Origin: Octopus sinensis
Taxonomy: Eukaryota
Length of the DNA: 64,000 nucleotides
Direction of reading: 5' to 3'
NCBI RefSeq assembly: GCF_006345805.1
Contig: NC_043007.1
Location: 36,394,001-36,458,000, forward strand
Position 1 is the first letter of the stretch, and the number at the start of each line of letters is the position of its first letter. Made by a program: the position numbers and the translations under genes. Below the pieces are notes generated by a model. The model made no database searches. It worked only from the letters and a program-made list of their open reading frames with translations, and was not told the origin of the DNA. Below are positions 1 through 11,369 of the stretch, piece by piece.

Positions 1-833
1 CAAGTGACAGCTACTTCTGCAATTCTCATTTTAAAATACTGCGCAAGATAAAGAATGTCAACATCGAAAGCCCACCTTTCCACGTGTAAGTTTCGGAACA
101 GAAGCAAAGCGGCCTCTCTACTCAGCAGTTTAAATCCACATTGGGTATCCTTCACACCTCTCACGCAGAGAAGCCAAACAACAAAGTGGAAACCGTACAT
201 GAGAATAGTCCTAAAGTAGGTCCGTGTGGCTATAGAATCTTTTTCCAAGTGTGCTCGCGAACCGCAAATTACGACCAAATTTGATGGAATTTTACGAATT
301 TCTTGCTCTAATTTCTTTTCCAATTTATCCAGATCACTGAACTTAGTGGCTCCATCAGCATCGGCGAAGAGTATTCTCCGACCACGGGACGACAACACTC
401 CCAGACGGATTGCGCCTCCTTTACCGCGATTTTTCTCAAGCGTCAACACCCGGATTTTATCCACTCCATACTTCCCCACGTACAACAGTCCGGTTTCTGT
501 AGTGCCGTCGCTACTGCCATCGTCAACGATAATTATCTCGTACGTAAAAGCGGGGTTGCTTTTCTGTCGTTTGTTTAAGTAAGCTATAGCTTCGTTTAAC
601 ATCTGCGGCATTCGTTCTTCTTCATTATACGCAGGTACCACAACAGTAAGGTCTATAGAGGCAGCGTCGGTATTATGCAAAAAACGTAACTTTCTTTTGT
701 TGTTTTTCGGATCGACAAAGAACATTTCGGACTCATGACGTTCAAGGCTTGGATGGGGTTCCGCGACGATATATATAACAAATAAAAATACCAATATCAC
801 CAAAGCGATGATAATTAAACCGGCGAATAACAT
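1..833 (-). CDS. ALG5: Dolichyl-phosphate beta-glucosyltransferase (GT2 family), 3'-incomplete; 277 codons in window, no intron
   Basis: Manual translation from ATG at 833: MLFAGLIIIALVILVFLFVIYIVAEPHP (TM anchor)...VVPAYNEEER...IIIVDDGSSDGT...NRGKGGAIR...LFADADGAT...DTQCGFKLL...VERWAFDVDILYLAQ...EVAVT(W). Missing from the ORF track because the stop lies outside the window. Confidence 0.96.
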   Translation of the reverse strand, partial: MLFAGLIIIALVILVFLFVIYIVAEPHPSLERHESEMFFVDPKNNKRKLRFLHNTDAASIDLTVVVPAYNEEERMPQMLNEAIAYLNKRQKSNPAFTYEIIIVDDGSSDGTTETGLLYVGKYGVDKIRVLTLEKNRGKGGAIRLGVLSSRGRRILFADADGATKFSDLDKLEKKLEQEIRKIPSNLVVICGSRAHLEKDSIATRTYFRTILMYGFHFVVWLLCVRGVKDTQCGFKLLSREAALLLFRNLHVERWAFDVDILYLAQYFKMRIAEVAVT

Positions 834-976
834 CGCCACGTCTGACGATATTTGTTGAGTGTTTGTATCTTTTTGAGTTTTCAAAACGCAGAAGAGTTCT
901 TCACTAGCCGAATCACTCTGTCCTACGTAATCAAAAGTGTTTGCAGTGTGGGAGGGGGGGGTGAATAATAAAAATA

Positions 977-1363
977 GGAGGCGCAATGGCCCAGTGGTTA
1001 GGGCAGCGGACTCGCGGTCATAGGATCGCGGTTTCGATTCCCAGCCCGGGCGTTGCGAGTGTTTATTGAGCAAAAACACCTAAAAGATTTCCACGAGGCT
1101 CCGGCAGGGGATGGTGGTGATCCCTGCTGTACTCTTTCACCACAACTTTCTCTCACTCTTACTTCCTGTTTCTGTTGTACCTGTATTTCAAGGCGCCGGC
1201 CTTGTCACTCTCTGTGTCACGCTGAATATCCCCGAGAACTACGTTAAGGGTGCACGTGTCTGTGGAGTGCTCAGCGACTTACACGTTAATTTCACGAGCA
1301 GGCTGTTCCGTTGATTCGGATCAACCGGAACCCTCGTCGTCGGAACCGACGGAGTGCTTCCAG
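977..1363 (+). mobile_element. tRNA-derived SINE, family A (about 385 bp)
   Basis: Head with A box (TGGCCCAGTGG) and B box (GGTTTCGATTCC); near-identical second copy at 37398-37777. Confidence 0.85.
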
Positions 1364-1385
1364 GTTAAAAAGGAAGAAAAGAAAG

Positions 1386-1433
1386 AATAATAATAATAAT
1401 AATAATGAAATTATTGTATACAGTGCTCGGGTG
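1386..1433 (-). mobile_element. Extreme 3' tail of CR1-type LINE with (ATT)n
   Basis: Matches the terminus of the CR1 fragment at 22108-22450 (CACC-GAGCACTGTATACAATAATTTCATTATT). Confidence 0.7.
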
Positions 1434-1466
1434 ATGTTGACATATAGCTTGTCTTGATCTATTCTT

Positions 1467-1859
1467 TGATCTTTTCGGTTTGAACGGCAGTAGGTAACTA
1501 AAAACTTTTAAACTTCGTATACTGGTAGAATGTGTTTATAAAACATCTTTTTCTCTTGGCTTTATTGAGAAAACTCTATAGTTTGTAAGATATTTGTTGT
1601 TTTTTTCTTCAAATTCTGCAATTTCAACCAATCACTGACGTCTATTGAGGTAAAAAGCATTCGGTGCCGTATGAATATGTCCTTCGTTTAAGAAACAGAT
1701 TGGGTTTATTTACATTTGTGAAGAAAAAAAAGATACCCTTCCCCCACTCCTAACCCTAAAGCAGATTGAAATGCAATAGATCGATACTAGGTCATAATTA
1801 TGGGTGACAATTTCATATGACACCGCTAGAAAAAACTGCCGTTCAAACCGAAAAGATCC
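1467..1859. mobile_element. MITE with 8-bp TSD, Merlin-like termini
   Basis: TIRs (T/G)GATCTTTTCGGTTTGAACGGCAG / CTGCCGTTCAAACCGAAAAGATCC; perfect TSD CTATTCTT at 1459-1466 and 1860-1867. Confidence 0.75.
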
Positions 1860-2196
1860 CTATTCTTCTCCTTGCTACATTAAATTTAAAGCTGTTGACC
1901 TGTGGCTGTCACCAATATCACCACCACCAAAATATATGCCTCTGATTTTTTTTTCTTATCACCACTCACTTTTTCTTTCTAATTTTGGTACAAGGCCAGC
2001 AGTTTTTAAGGGATAGAGCAAGTTGATTACATCGACTTCAGCACTTAAATGATACTTAATTTGGCATACCTACACTGGTGCGCCCAGCACCACCACCTGA
2101 TTTTGTTTCCTCATAACATCCTGAAAAATGAATGTTTTTAGATGAAATTTTCTACAAATACGCTTGAAGGGATATAAATTCCGATTATTTACTCAT

Positions 2197-2595
2197 TTAC
2201 TTGTTTCAGCCATCTGACTGCGGCCATGCTGGAGCACTGCCTTTAGTCGAGCAAATCGACCCCAGGACTTATTCTTTGTAAGCCTAGTACTTATTCTATT
2301 GGTCTCTTTTTACCGAAATGCTAAGTTACGGAGACAAACACACCAGCATCGGTTGTCAAGCGATGGTGGGGTGGGGGACAAACACACACACACAAACATA
2401 CACACACACACACACACACACACATATGCATATATATGACGGGCTTCTTTCAGTTTCTACCAAATCCACTCACAAGGCTTTGATTGGCCCGAGGCTATAG
2501 TAGAAGACACTTGCCCAAGGTGCCACGGAGTGGGACTGAACCCGGAACCATGTGGTTAGTAAGCAAGCTACTTACCACTCAGCCACTCCTGCACC
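2197..2595 (-). mobile_element. tRNA-derived CORE-like SINE, family C (octopus OR2-like), with internal (CA)/(TA) microsatellite
   Basis: Minus-strand head GGxGCAGGAGTGGCTGxGTGGTAAG...GGTTCAGTCCC...CACCTTGGGCAAGTG. Further copies near 7540-7932, 15332-15720, 16350-16740, 24551-24930, 26950-27225, 27748-28138, 32070-32230, 35712-36105, 39400-39720, 45046-46440 (interrupted), 51337-51726, 57240-57610, 63000-63110. Confidence 0.85.
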
Positions 2596-3136
2596 TATAA
2601 AGAATTTGTTGTGTAAGATATTTTTCCAAGAGTGCGGAGAAGAGATTTGGATAATTCACACGAGTCAATTTGTTTCTTCGTAACTTCATGAAAAATAAAT
2701 AAGGGCTTTCGGGCAAATTTAGTAACTTCTGATTTTTCATCATTTTCTCCCTACCTGTTTGAAATCATTACATTGCAAGTATTGCATCATCATTTTGTAT
2801 TACTACGTTATTTAGGAGTGAAAATTGGTCAGCATAGTTGTTGTTGTTGTTGAAGTTGGGGGATCCCGAAACATAGGTAGTAGGTCCTCTTTTTTCAAGA
2901 AATTTTTCCCTAACTTCAACCTGATTGTAATTGATGTTGCTGATAAAATAGCTGGGTAATTTTGACTATTTAACAATCAATATTATTTTCTCTGTTGGAT
3001 TCCGAGTCAATCTTTTCCCCACACTAATGTCTAATTTGATAATTTTCAAATTTCAAAAAAAAAAAAAAAAAAATGATGTCTAAAATGGGGCAAAATGAGT
3101 AATGACTAATTTCAAAAATCTCTTCTCTTTAATTGC

Positions 3137-3487
3137 TTGGTGTGTAAATATATTTTGAGGAGGACACTCAATCTCTCGTGGAAGCGCCATCCAACCAAAA
3201 TGCAAATATATGGGAAACTACCACCTGTGTTATCTCTTGTGAAAGGTAGGAGAGTCCAGTTTGCTGGACATTGTTGTAGAGCTGAAAAAGAAGTAATTTC
3301 TACTCTTCTCCTCTGGAAGCCATCTACTCGCAATACCAGAGGGCACACACTCTCCTACCCTGATGTAATCTCCAGGGATACAGGCATCCAGCAACAGGAC
3401 CTCCGTAATGCCATGATGGACCGTGAAGTCTGGTGTAGCATGGTAAATTCCATTGTCTCGACCACGGTCGAACAATGATGATGATGA
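3137..3487 (+). mobile_element. 5'-truncated RTE-clade LINE 3' end with (GAT)n tail
   Basis: RRVQFAGHCCR...ISTLLLWKP...LSYPDVISRDTG...DLRNAMMDREVW is typical of the RTE ORF2 C-terminus; TGATGATGATGA follows the stop. Confidence 0.8.
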
Positions 3488-3849
3488 GACCATGTAAAAG
3501 TTATAGAGAATATTTTATGTTGAGTTTTTTTATTTAGTCAAGTTTTGTTAATTTCCCCTGACCCTCTTTCATCTGACCTGGATATTTAAAATTTCTTTTT
3601 ATATTTCTGATCTTTCTGATGTCTAGGGATGTGTATGAGTCTGTTTTCTTGAGAACTGAAGTGGCAAATTTAGATTATCTTTTGTTACTCAATTTTCCCT
3701 AGCCAAATTTATCTTTTATATGGTCAAAGAGAACAGTGATAATTTTCTGAAATAGTGGTCAGATTATGTTAAAATGCTTTTAATGCATTTAGGAAAGGAC
3801 ATTTGCTTAGCTAATATAGATTTTATAAAATAGTGACCATTTTTGAAAA

Positions 3850-4375
3850 TACATGGTCTGATCAATAAGTATCCGGACTGTTGCCATAGTAATGAAGCCA
3901 AAGCACTTGGCACAGGTTGACCTTGAATTCTGCTGTGCAGGTGCACTAAGTTTTAACATTCTAGCTCACTTCTGCTGTTTATAGAAGTGCTTGGAAAAAG
4001 GTGTGTAACATGTTATCGTTGCATTGACCATGACAGAGGAAGTTGAGCAGAGACTCTGTATTAAATTTTGCCAAAAGCTTAGCAATAGCTGTGCAGAGGC
4101 CTATGCAAAGTTTTCAATAAGTTTTTATTGTTCTTGTGCAACTGAAACCTGAGTGTCTTCTTGGTCAGCTGAAAGCAGTTTTGGCACAGACTTGGCAGAC
4201 ACGCGTCTCATACCTAAATCTTCAGGGATAATTCACTGAACTGAACCGTAACTAATCTGCACATCCTCTGATAACTCACAGATTTCCCCTCACAGCTGCA
4301 CACATATCTGTGATGTTTTCCTCAGTTCTGCTGGTTGTAGGTCTCTCAGAAAATTCGTCAATATTGACATTTTTT
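3850..4375. mobile_element. Rearranged mariner relic
   Basis: TA-flanked left end; plus strand VEQRLCIKFCQKL (about 4040-4085); minus strand RPTTSRTEENI...EDLGMRRVSAK.VPKLLSADQ (about 4150-4370). Confidence 0.65.
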
Positions 4376-4377
4376 TT

Positions 4378-4673
4378 GGCTTACGGTCATATGGCATAGT
4401 GGTTAAGAGCGCAGGCTACTAACCCCAAGATACCGAGTTCAATTCCAGGGAGTGACCTGAATAATAATAATAATAATGATATCGAAAAATACCTTAGGAA
4501 TGAGAACCCTGGTTCGAAATTTCCCCAAAACACCTGATGAAGGCTGGAGGGTATATCAGCCGAAATGTTGTGTTAATAACAAACAAAATGAGGACAAATA
4601 TCCGTCAAATGTAAATAATGTAGATAATGTACACAATTCCTCATCTCTTAAATATAGAACTGTATTTTCTAAA
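4378..4673 (+). mobile_element. tRNA-headed short element carrying a hammerhead ribozyme motif
   Basis: A box TGGCATAGTGG, B box GAGTTCAATTCC, (AAT)n spacer, then a 200-bp tail containing CTGATGA...GAAA. Confidence 0.65.
4529..4574 (+). ncRNA. Minimal type-I hammerhead ribozyme motif
   Basis: AACAC-CTGATGA-A-GGCTG-GAGGGTATAT-CAGCC-GAAA-TG-TT-GTGTT: stem I AACAC/GTGTT, stem II GGCTG/CAGCC, canonical core. Confidence 0.7.
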
Positions 4674-5335
4674 AGTTCTAAAAAATAAACCAGTTATGAA
4701 GGGTTACGTGGCGTGTTTAAAGCAGAATTCCATTAATTTTCCTAAATCTTTTGATACCAACACACATATCTGGTTCTATTGTAAACTTATTGTTTTAGAA
4801 GTGATTAGATCAAAATTTCAAAATAATTTGTTCCACACACTAGATTAAAAAATGACAAAATTATTTTGCTAACTTCGTTATTTTCACAATTAAATGAAAC
4901 AAATATATCTAATTTTACTAGTCGGATAGACTAGAGCCAAAACGAATAATGCATTTTGTTCAGTGATGCATAATACTAAAGATTGCAAAATTCATTTCGA
5001 CTGCTTAGTAATAAATACTTCACTCAGTTGGCAATAACAGAACAAGGGACATAATTCCACCATACATTGTTAAAGAGTTATGTTACTTCGATATTGGCTA
5101 CTTCGGATTAAAGAAAATATTTAAGATAAATTTTGAGGGATAATGAAGGAACCTGTATGTGGTTGTGGGATCCTTAAATCACTCCCTACTATCTTAAAAA
5201 TAGTTAAGAACCCATTAGATAATGTAATTACAAAGACACTTAAAAACAAAATAAGTTATTCCTAGCTGGAATACCTTTATGTCTGCTTGGTCAAGATTGA
5301 TATGGAATTCAACCATTGATTTGCCATTTGACAAA

Positions 5336-5945
5336 GGCGGCGCACTGGCAGAAACGTTAGCACACCAGGCGAAATGCTTAGCGGCATTTCGTCTGCCGCT
5401 ACATTCTGAGTTCAAATTCCGCCGAGGTCAACTTTGCCTTTCATCCTTTCGGGGCGATTAAATAAGTACTAGTTACGCACTGAGGTCGATATAATCGACT
5501 TAATCTGTCTGTCTGTCCTTGTTTGTCTCCTCTGTGTGTAGCCCCTTGTGGGCAATAAAGAAATAAGAGACGTTAGCACGACTGGCGAAATGCTTAGCGG
5601 TATTTTGTCTGCCGTTACGTTCTGAGTTCAAATTCCGCCGAGGTCGACTTTGCTTTTCATCCTTTCGGGGTCGATTAAATAAGTACCAGTTACGCACTGG
5701 GGTCGATGTAATCGACTTAATCGCTTGACTGTCCTTGTTTGTCCCCTCTGTATTTAGCCCCTTGTGGGTAGTAAAGAAATAGGTATTTCATCTGCTGTTA
5801 CGTTCTGAGTTCAAATTCCGCCAAGGTCAACTTTGCCTTTCATCCTTTCGGAGTCGATTAAATAAGTATTAGTTGCATACAGGGGTCGATCTAATCAACT
5901 GGCCCCTCCCCACAAAATTTCGGGCTTTGTGCCTAGAGTAGAAAA
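5336..5945 (+). mobile_element. Head-to-tail trimer of tRNA-derived SINE family B
   Basis: Three units sharing GAGTTCAAATTCCGCCxAGGTCxACTTTGCCTTTCATCC. Other copies at 9909-10139, 10790-11050, 22567-22768, 36820-37055, 44160-44390, 56870-57025, 63559-63962, plus many degenerate (TAA)n-tailed copies. Confidence 0.85.
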
Positions 5946-6043
5946 AAATTTGACAAATACCTGCTGCTCACTGGCACAGAATTATTCAGGAAATTTTTAT
6001 CCCTTCCTTCTCTTCATTAAGAAAAAAAAAGTTTACATCCATA

Positions 6044-6613
6044 TATTGGGTTATCCGGAAAGTTCGTACCTATTTTTAAAGGAAAGAAAAAGGTCAATAA
6101 ATACTTGCTATTACATTTTTAATTAACCAAATATGAACCATTTTGTTGCACAATGCATCTCCATCTTTCCTTAAACTTGAAAATACCCTCTTCTCAGAAC
6201 TGAAGTGGTTTCAAGGCAAAGAATTCATCAAGGTATCTTTTTACGTCATCCAAGGAATTGAAATTTTTACCATTAAGACTATTCTGCAGAGACCTGAATA
6301 AGTGGAAATCCAAAGGAGCAATATCTGGTGAATATGGAGGGTAGGGGTAACATATCCCAGCCAAGCTGCAGCAGTTTTTGTCTGGTTCCCAAAGCATCAA
6401 TGCCGAAAATGAACTTTCTTATCTTCCATTTTAAAGGGTTACAGAATTAACACAGGTTATAGGAACATAAACCTTCTTCCATGAAAAGATATCTTAAACT
6501 GTGCTCTAAATGGAGGTGTAGTCAAATCCTATTTTATGGACTCAACCATGTTCTAAAATAAGTCGAAAGGTAAGCTATTATAAATCGGCAAGAACTTTCC
6601 GGACAACCCAATA
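6044..6613 (-). mobile_element. Internally deleted mariner element
   Basis: TA TSDs; TIR TTGGGTTRTCCGGAAAGTT; N-terminal MEDKKVHFRH joined to YSPDIAPLDFHLFRSLQNSL (YSPDL motif region). Confidence 0.85.
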
Positions 6614-8712
6614 ATTCTTCTCTCTTTCTCATGATGCTGGACATGTTTTTTAAAAGTTCAAAACCATCTTTATTTCATTCATTATTGGTGGTGGCTGCAT
6701 CATTGTGGTTGTCATCATCATCATCATCATTGTCGTCGTCGTCGTTGTCATCGTCATCATCATCATTATTATTATTATTATTATTTAATGAGCATGTTCC
6801 ATGCTGGCATGGCTTGGACAGTTTGATAGGATCTGACAGGGAATGCATATGACTTAGCAGTTAGGATATTCAGCTCATGAGTTCAATTCCCAGTAGCAGA
6901 TTGTGACCTTGAGCAAGACACTTTATTTCACATTGCTCCAGTTCACTCAGCTGGTTATAATGAGTGCCAGCTTAGGACCCAACAGGTGAAAGGACTGCAT
7001 TGTATTATGCTGTCTGCTTTGACATTGTTTCTACAACTAGATTCCCTTCCTATCACCAACTTCTTTACAGCATGTACCAAATGCTTTTTTTCATGCCACC
7101 ATCACGAGTGAGGTCGTAAAGCAGCTTGCAAAACTATGATCCCTGAGAGAGGCAGCTTTATACTGCGAGACAAAAGGTTAAAGTATGAGAGAAGGGATCA
7201 GAGCAAAACAGATTTTGTGCTGTAGAGCTGCAGATGAGCTACATAGATACTCACATTTTAGAAAAGAGGGTGAGAGTGGTCAGGTTACCTCTTTTCCAAC
7301 CTTCGTATCTTTTCCATTAGCACTCGTAGGCACACCATATCGCTGTATGAGTTTTCTCCCTTGTAGCTGCAGGCACATTGTGTCGAATGGTGAGGGAAGA
7401 AAACTCATACAATAACATGATGCACCTACAGTGTGCTAAAGGTTTAGGAGAGGCTTGCTGAACGTATGAGAAAGATTGGGTTAAACAAGCAACACCTATA
7501 ACATAAACCTGTTATCTGTGACAAAGCTGTTATTACTCTTTTACTTGTTTCAGTCATTTGACTGCGGCCATGCTGGAGCACCGCCTTTAGTCGAGCAAAT
7601 CGACCCCGGGACTTATTCCTTGTAAGCCTAGTACTTATTCTATTGGTCTCTTTTTGCTGAACCACTAAGTTACAGGGACATAAACACACCAGCATTGGTT
7701 GTCAAGCGATGTTTGGGGGACAAACACAGACTCACAAACACACACACACACATATATATATATACATATATACGATAGGCTTCTTTCAGCTTGTCTACCA
7801 AATCCACTCACAAAGCTTTGGTCGGCCCAAGGCTATAGTGGAAGACACTTGCCCAAGGTGCCACGCAGTGGGAATGAACCCGGAACCATGTGGTTGGTAA
7901 GCAAGCTACTTACCACACAGCCACTCCTGCACCTATCTATATAGTTATTGTAAACTATAATTTTGTAATATATCTTTGACAACAATATTAGCCATTCAAA
8001 AACACATAAAAATTCTTAACTCCACTTAGTCAATTATTATTTGGTTTCAAGATGACCATTGCATTAACTGCAACCCAATCTGAAATAGTTCCACTGCAAC
8101 TGTTCTGAGATGAGGCTGTTGGTCACTGTAGATAGGCTTCAGAGTTTTAAATATAATTTTTTTTCCTCATTTAAATAGGTCATTCCAGTTGTCATTGCCT
8201 GGCTGGTACTCATAGTTGGTTGGTTAATTTGGCTGCTGGTTGAAATTCATGTTTTCTCTCTCTCTTCCTTCCTTCTCTCAATGGGGAACAAATTTAGCAT
8301 TGTACAGTACAGCAGAATTAAGCATTCATGGCTTCAAAAAAAGAGAATCTATCAGTCCATAACAACAGAACAGAGACACTAAGAAGGATTGGCTTAAACT
8401 GTATAAGGAACTGTTAATGGAAGGAACGACAAAGTATGTTTCTTTGAATGGCTAATAATTAATATTAACACATAGGTCTCAAATTTAACCACTTGCCAGA
8501 AAAGTACAACACTTCCAAAATATTTTTGACAATCAACTAAAATTACTATCATATCTCTTCCAACGGAGTTCAAACTAACCAAAGACTACTTTAGTGGTAC
8601 AAAAAGACATGCTGCTGAGCATTTTGTCCCAATGTGCTAGCAATTCTGCCAGCTCAATAATAATAATAACAGCCTTAATAATAATAACAATAATGTGTTG
8701 TTTATCACATTA

Positions 8713-9003
8713 TCCGAATCGTGGCCGATGCCAGCGTAGCCTCGACTGGCTTCCGTGCCGGTGGCACGTAAAATGCACCAATCCGATCGTGGTCGTTGCC
8801 AGCCTCGCCTGGCACCTGTGCAGGTGGCACGTAAAAGCATCCACTACACTCACGGAGTGGTTGGCGTTAGGAAGGCCATCCAGCTGTAGAAACACTGCCA
8901 GATCAGACTGGAGCCTGGTGCAGCCTTCTGGCTTCCCAGATCCCCGGTCAAACCATCCAACCCATGCTGGCATGGAGAACAGACGTTAAACGATGATGAT
9001 GAA
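8713..9003 (+). mobile_element. RTE-LINE 3'-UTR-derived repeat with internal ~60-bp tandem units and (GAT)n tail
   Basis: Motifs GTGGCACGTAAAA-GCA and GGATGCCCTTCCTAACGCCAACC. Other copies at 14205-14625, 23274-23625, 40863-41490, 42550-43062, 43740-44135, 47930-48190, 61805-62200, 62250-62480. Confidence 0.75.
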
Positions 9004-9466
9004 CAATAATGTGTTGTTTATTATAATATGAAAGCACCATGTCACACCCATATGGTTGTGGTGCATGTGCCAAGTGTACCTTATCACACAGGTGGTCATG
9101 ATGGGTATATTGGGTTGCGTATATTTGTACCCCAGTGTCACTTTGACGGTATACACTGCTCTCTCACTCAATAATAATAATAATAATCCTTTCTACTAAA
9201 GTCATAGGGCCTGAAACTTGGGGGAGGGAACAAATCAATCACAACGGCCACAGTGTTTCACTGGTACTTAATTTATTGGCCTTGAAAGGATGAAAGGCTA
9301 AGTCGGCCTTGAAAGGATGAAAGGCTAAGTCAACCTTGGCTAAGCATTTTGCCCAGCATGCTAGTGATTCTGCCAACAATAATGAGAAGAAGAAAGCAGA
9401 GGAAGAGGCTAGTTGATATCATTCACTTCAGTTCATGATTGTTACTTTATTTTATCATCATCTGTG

Positions 9467-9664
9467 TAAGGGGATGCTGAAAATTTCCTGGCTTTGGGTA
9501 AAAGAAAATACAGAAGGATCGGTTAATTAAGATTTTTTTCAACATATTCCTCTCTCAGATTCACACATTTACTGCAGCAACCCTGTGAAAGAACTCGGAA
9601 GTTTGGGCCTCCAACCAGGCCTTTCGTGATACACTTAAAGCCAGGAACTTTTCAGCACCCCTTC
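9467..9664. mobile_element. Tc1/mariner-type MITE
   Basis: TIRs AGGGGATGCTGAAAATTTCCTGGCTTT / AAAGCCAGGAACTTTTCAGCACCCCT after TA; a partial relative lies at about 59550-59670. Confidence 0.65.
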
Positions 9665-10739
9665 ATAGATTTCTTTCTCTAATGTTTTACATAGGTTAAC
9701 ATATTTCTGGGAACTGAAACATGGTCTCTCAAAGAGTTCTATTGTAAACCTATACAAGTGAATATGTGAAAAACAAAAGAGGAATTTTGAAAGAATTATC
9801 TATTAAACTAGCTTTAAACATTGAATGGCGATGGGGTTCCACCAGAATAAAATAGTAGTCGAAGGGGTCCATTGGTAAAAAAATGGCTGAGAACCATCAG
9901 TCAACAATCTATTTCTTTATTGCCCACAAGGGGCTAAACATAGAGGGGACAAACAAGTACAGACAAACGGATTAAGTCGATTACATCGACCCCAGTATGT
10001 CACAGGTACTTAATTTATCGACCCCGAAAGGATGAAAAGTAAGTCGACCTCGGCAGAATTTGAACTCAGAACGCAGCGGCAGACGAAATACCACAAAGCA
10101 TTTCACCCGGCGTGCTAACGCTTCTGCCAGCTCGCCGCCCTATCCATCAGTCATCAATCATCTGGAAATGGTTGAGAACCACACAAGTCATCAGTCATCC
10201 TTCAAGGATGACCTAATGGCCCTCATTGTCCTCGGTGTTGGGATAAAATACAAGGAAAATGAATAATTAATTCAGACCAAATAATAATAAAAAAAAAAAC
10301 ACAAAATTTATCTGCAAACATTTTCTTTTCATTTTTTTTTTTCAATTAAGTTTTTTTTATTTATTTCGAACCATGTATATATATAATATTTTTAAAAAAA
10401 ACTTTTTTGTTGAAGTTTTGATCTTTTTTTTTTAATTATATTTCTGTTTGTTTGTTATTTTTCCATTTTTATTTTTTTTGTTTGTAGTAAAGGACCTGGA
10501 AGGAAACACTGTTATATAATTATTAAAACTTGATATCAATAAAAAAAAAAACAACAAAAAATCCCAACAAACAATCGATTGATTGATTGATCAATCAGTC
10601 AGACAAACAGACAGACATAATGAACACAAGACTTGGAAAATAGTTGCTTAAATAAAGCCATAATATTGATATCATTACTTTGGATAAAAGGCAAAGTCAA
10701 TACTGGTGAGATTCAACTCAGAATAGTGCAGAGAATAAC

Positions 10740-10746
10740 AACAACA

Positions 10747-10783
<37 letters not shown>

Positions 10784-11369
10784 AATAGGCACAAGGCCTG
10801 AAATTTTGGGGGAAGGGGCTGGTCAATTACATCGACCCCAGTGAGTAACTGGTACTTAATTTATCGACCCTGAAAGGCAAAATCGACCTTGGTGGAATTT
10901 GAACTCAAAACCTAGTGATAGGCGAAATACCTATTTCTTTACTACCCACAAGGGGCTAAACACAGAGAGGACAAACAAATGGATTAAGTCGATTATATCG
11001 ACCCCAGTGTGTAACTGGTATTTATTTAATCGACCCCGAAAGGATGAAAGGATTGAAACATAGAATGTAAGGAGAATGTAAAGGCATTTTCTTTTTCAAT
11101 GCTCTAATGATTCGGCCAATCCATTGCCCTAACTAATAATAATAATAATAATAATAATAACTGTTTCTAATTGAGGCACAAGGTCAACCATTTTGTTAAA
11201 CTGAATTTAATTTGTACTCAACACTCGACTGGTACTTTATTTTTCTCAACCCCAGAGGGAAGAAAAGGCAAAGTTGATCTAGGTGGGATTGAAACATAGA
11301 ATGTAAGGAGAATGTAAAGGCATTTTCTTTTTCAATGCTCTAATGATTCGGCCAATCCATTGCCCTAAC

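Noticed and set aside
226-582. 118-aa plus-strand ORF
   Set aside because: Antisense shadow of ALG5.
977-1050. SINE heads as tRNA genes (also 4385, 37398, 38850)
   Set aside because: A and B boxes are present but there is no complete cloverleaf, and each continues into a repeat body.
7141-7180. CTGAGAGA-GGCAG...CTGC-GAGA hammerhead look-alike
   Set aside because: Both core strands deviate and no stem I is evident.
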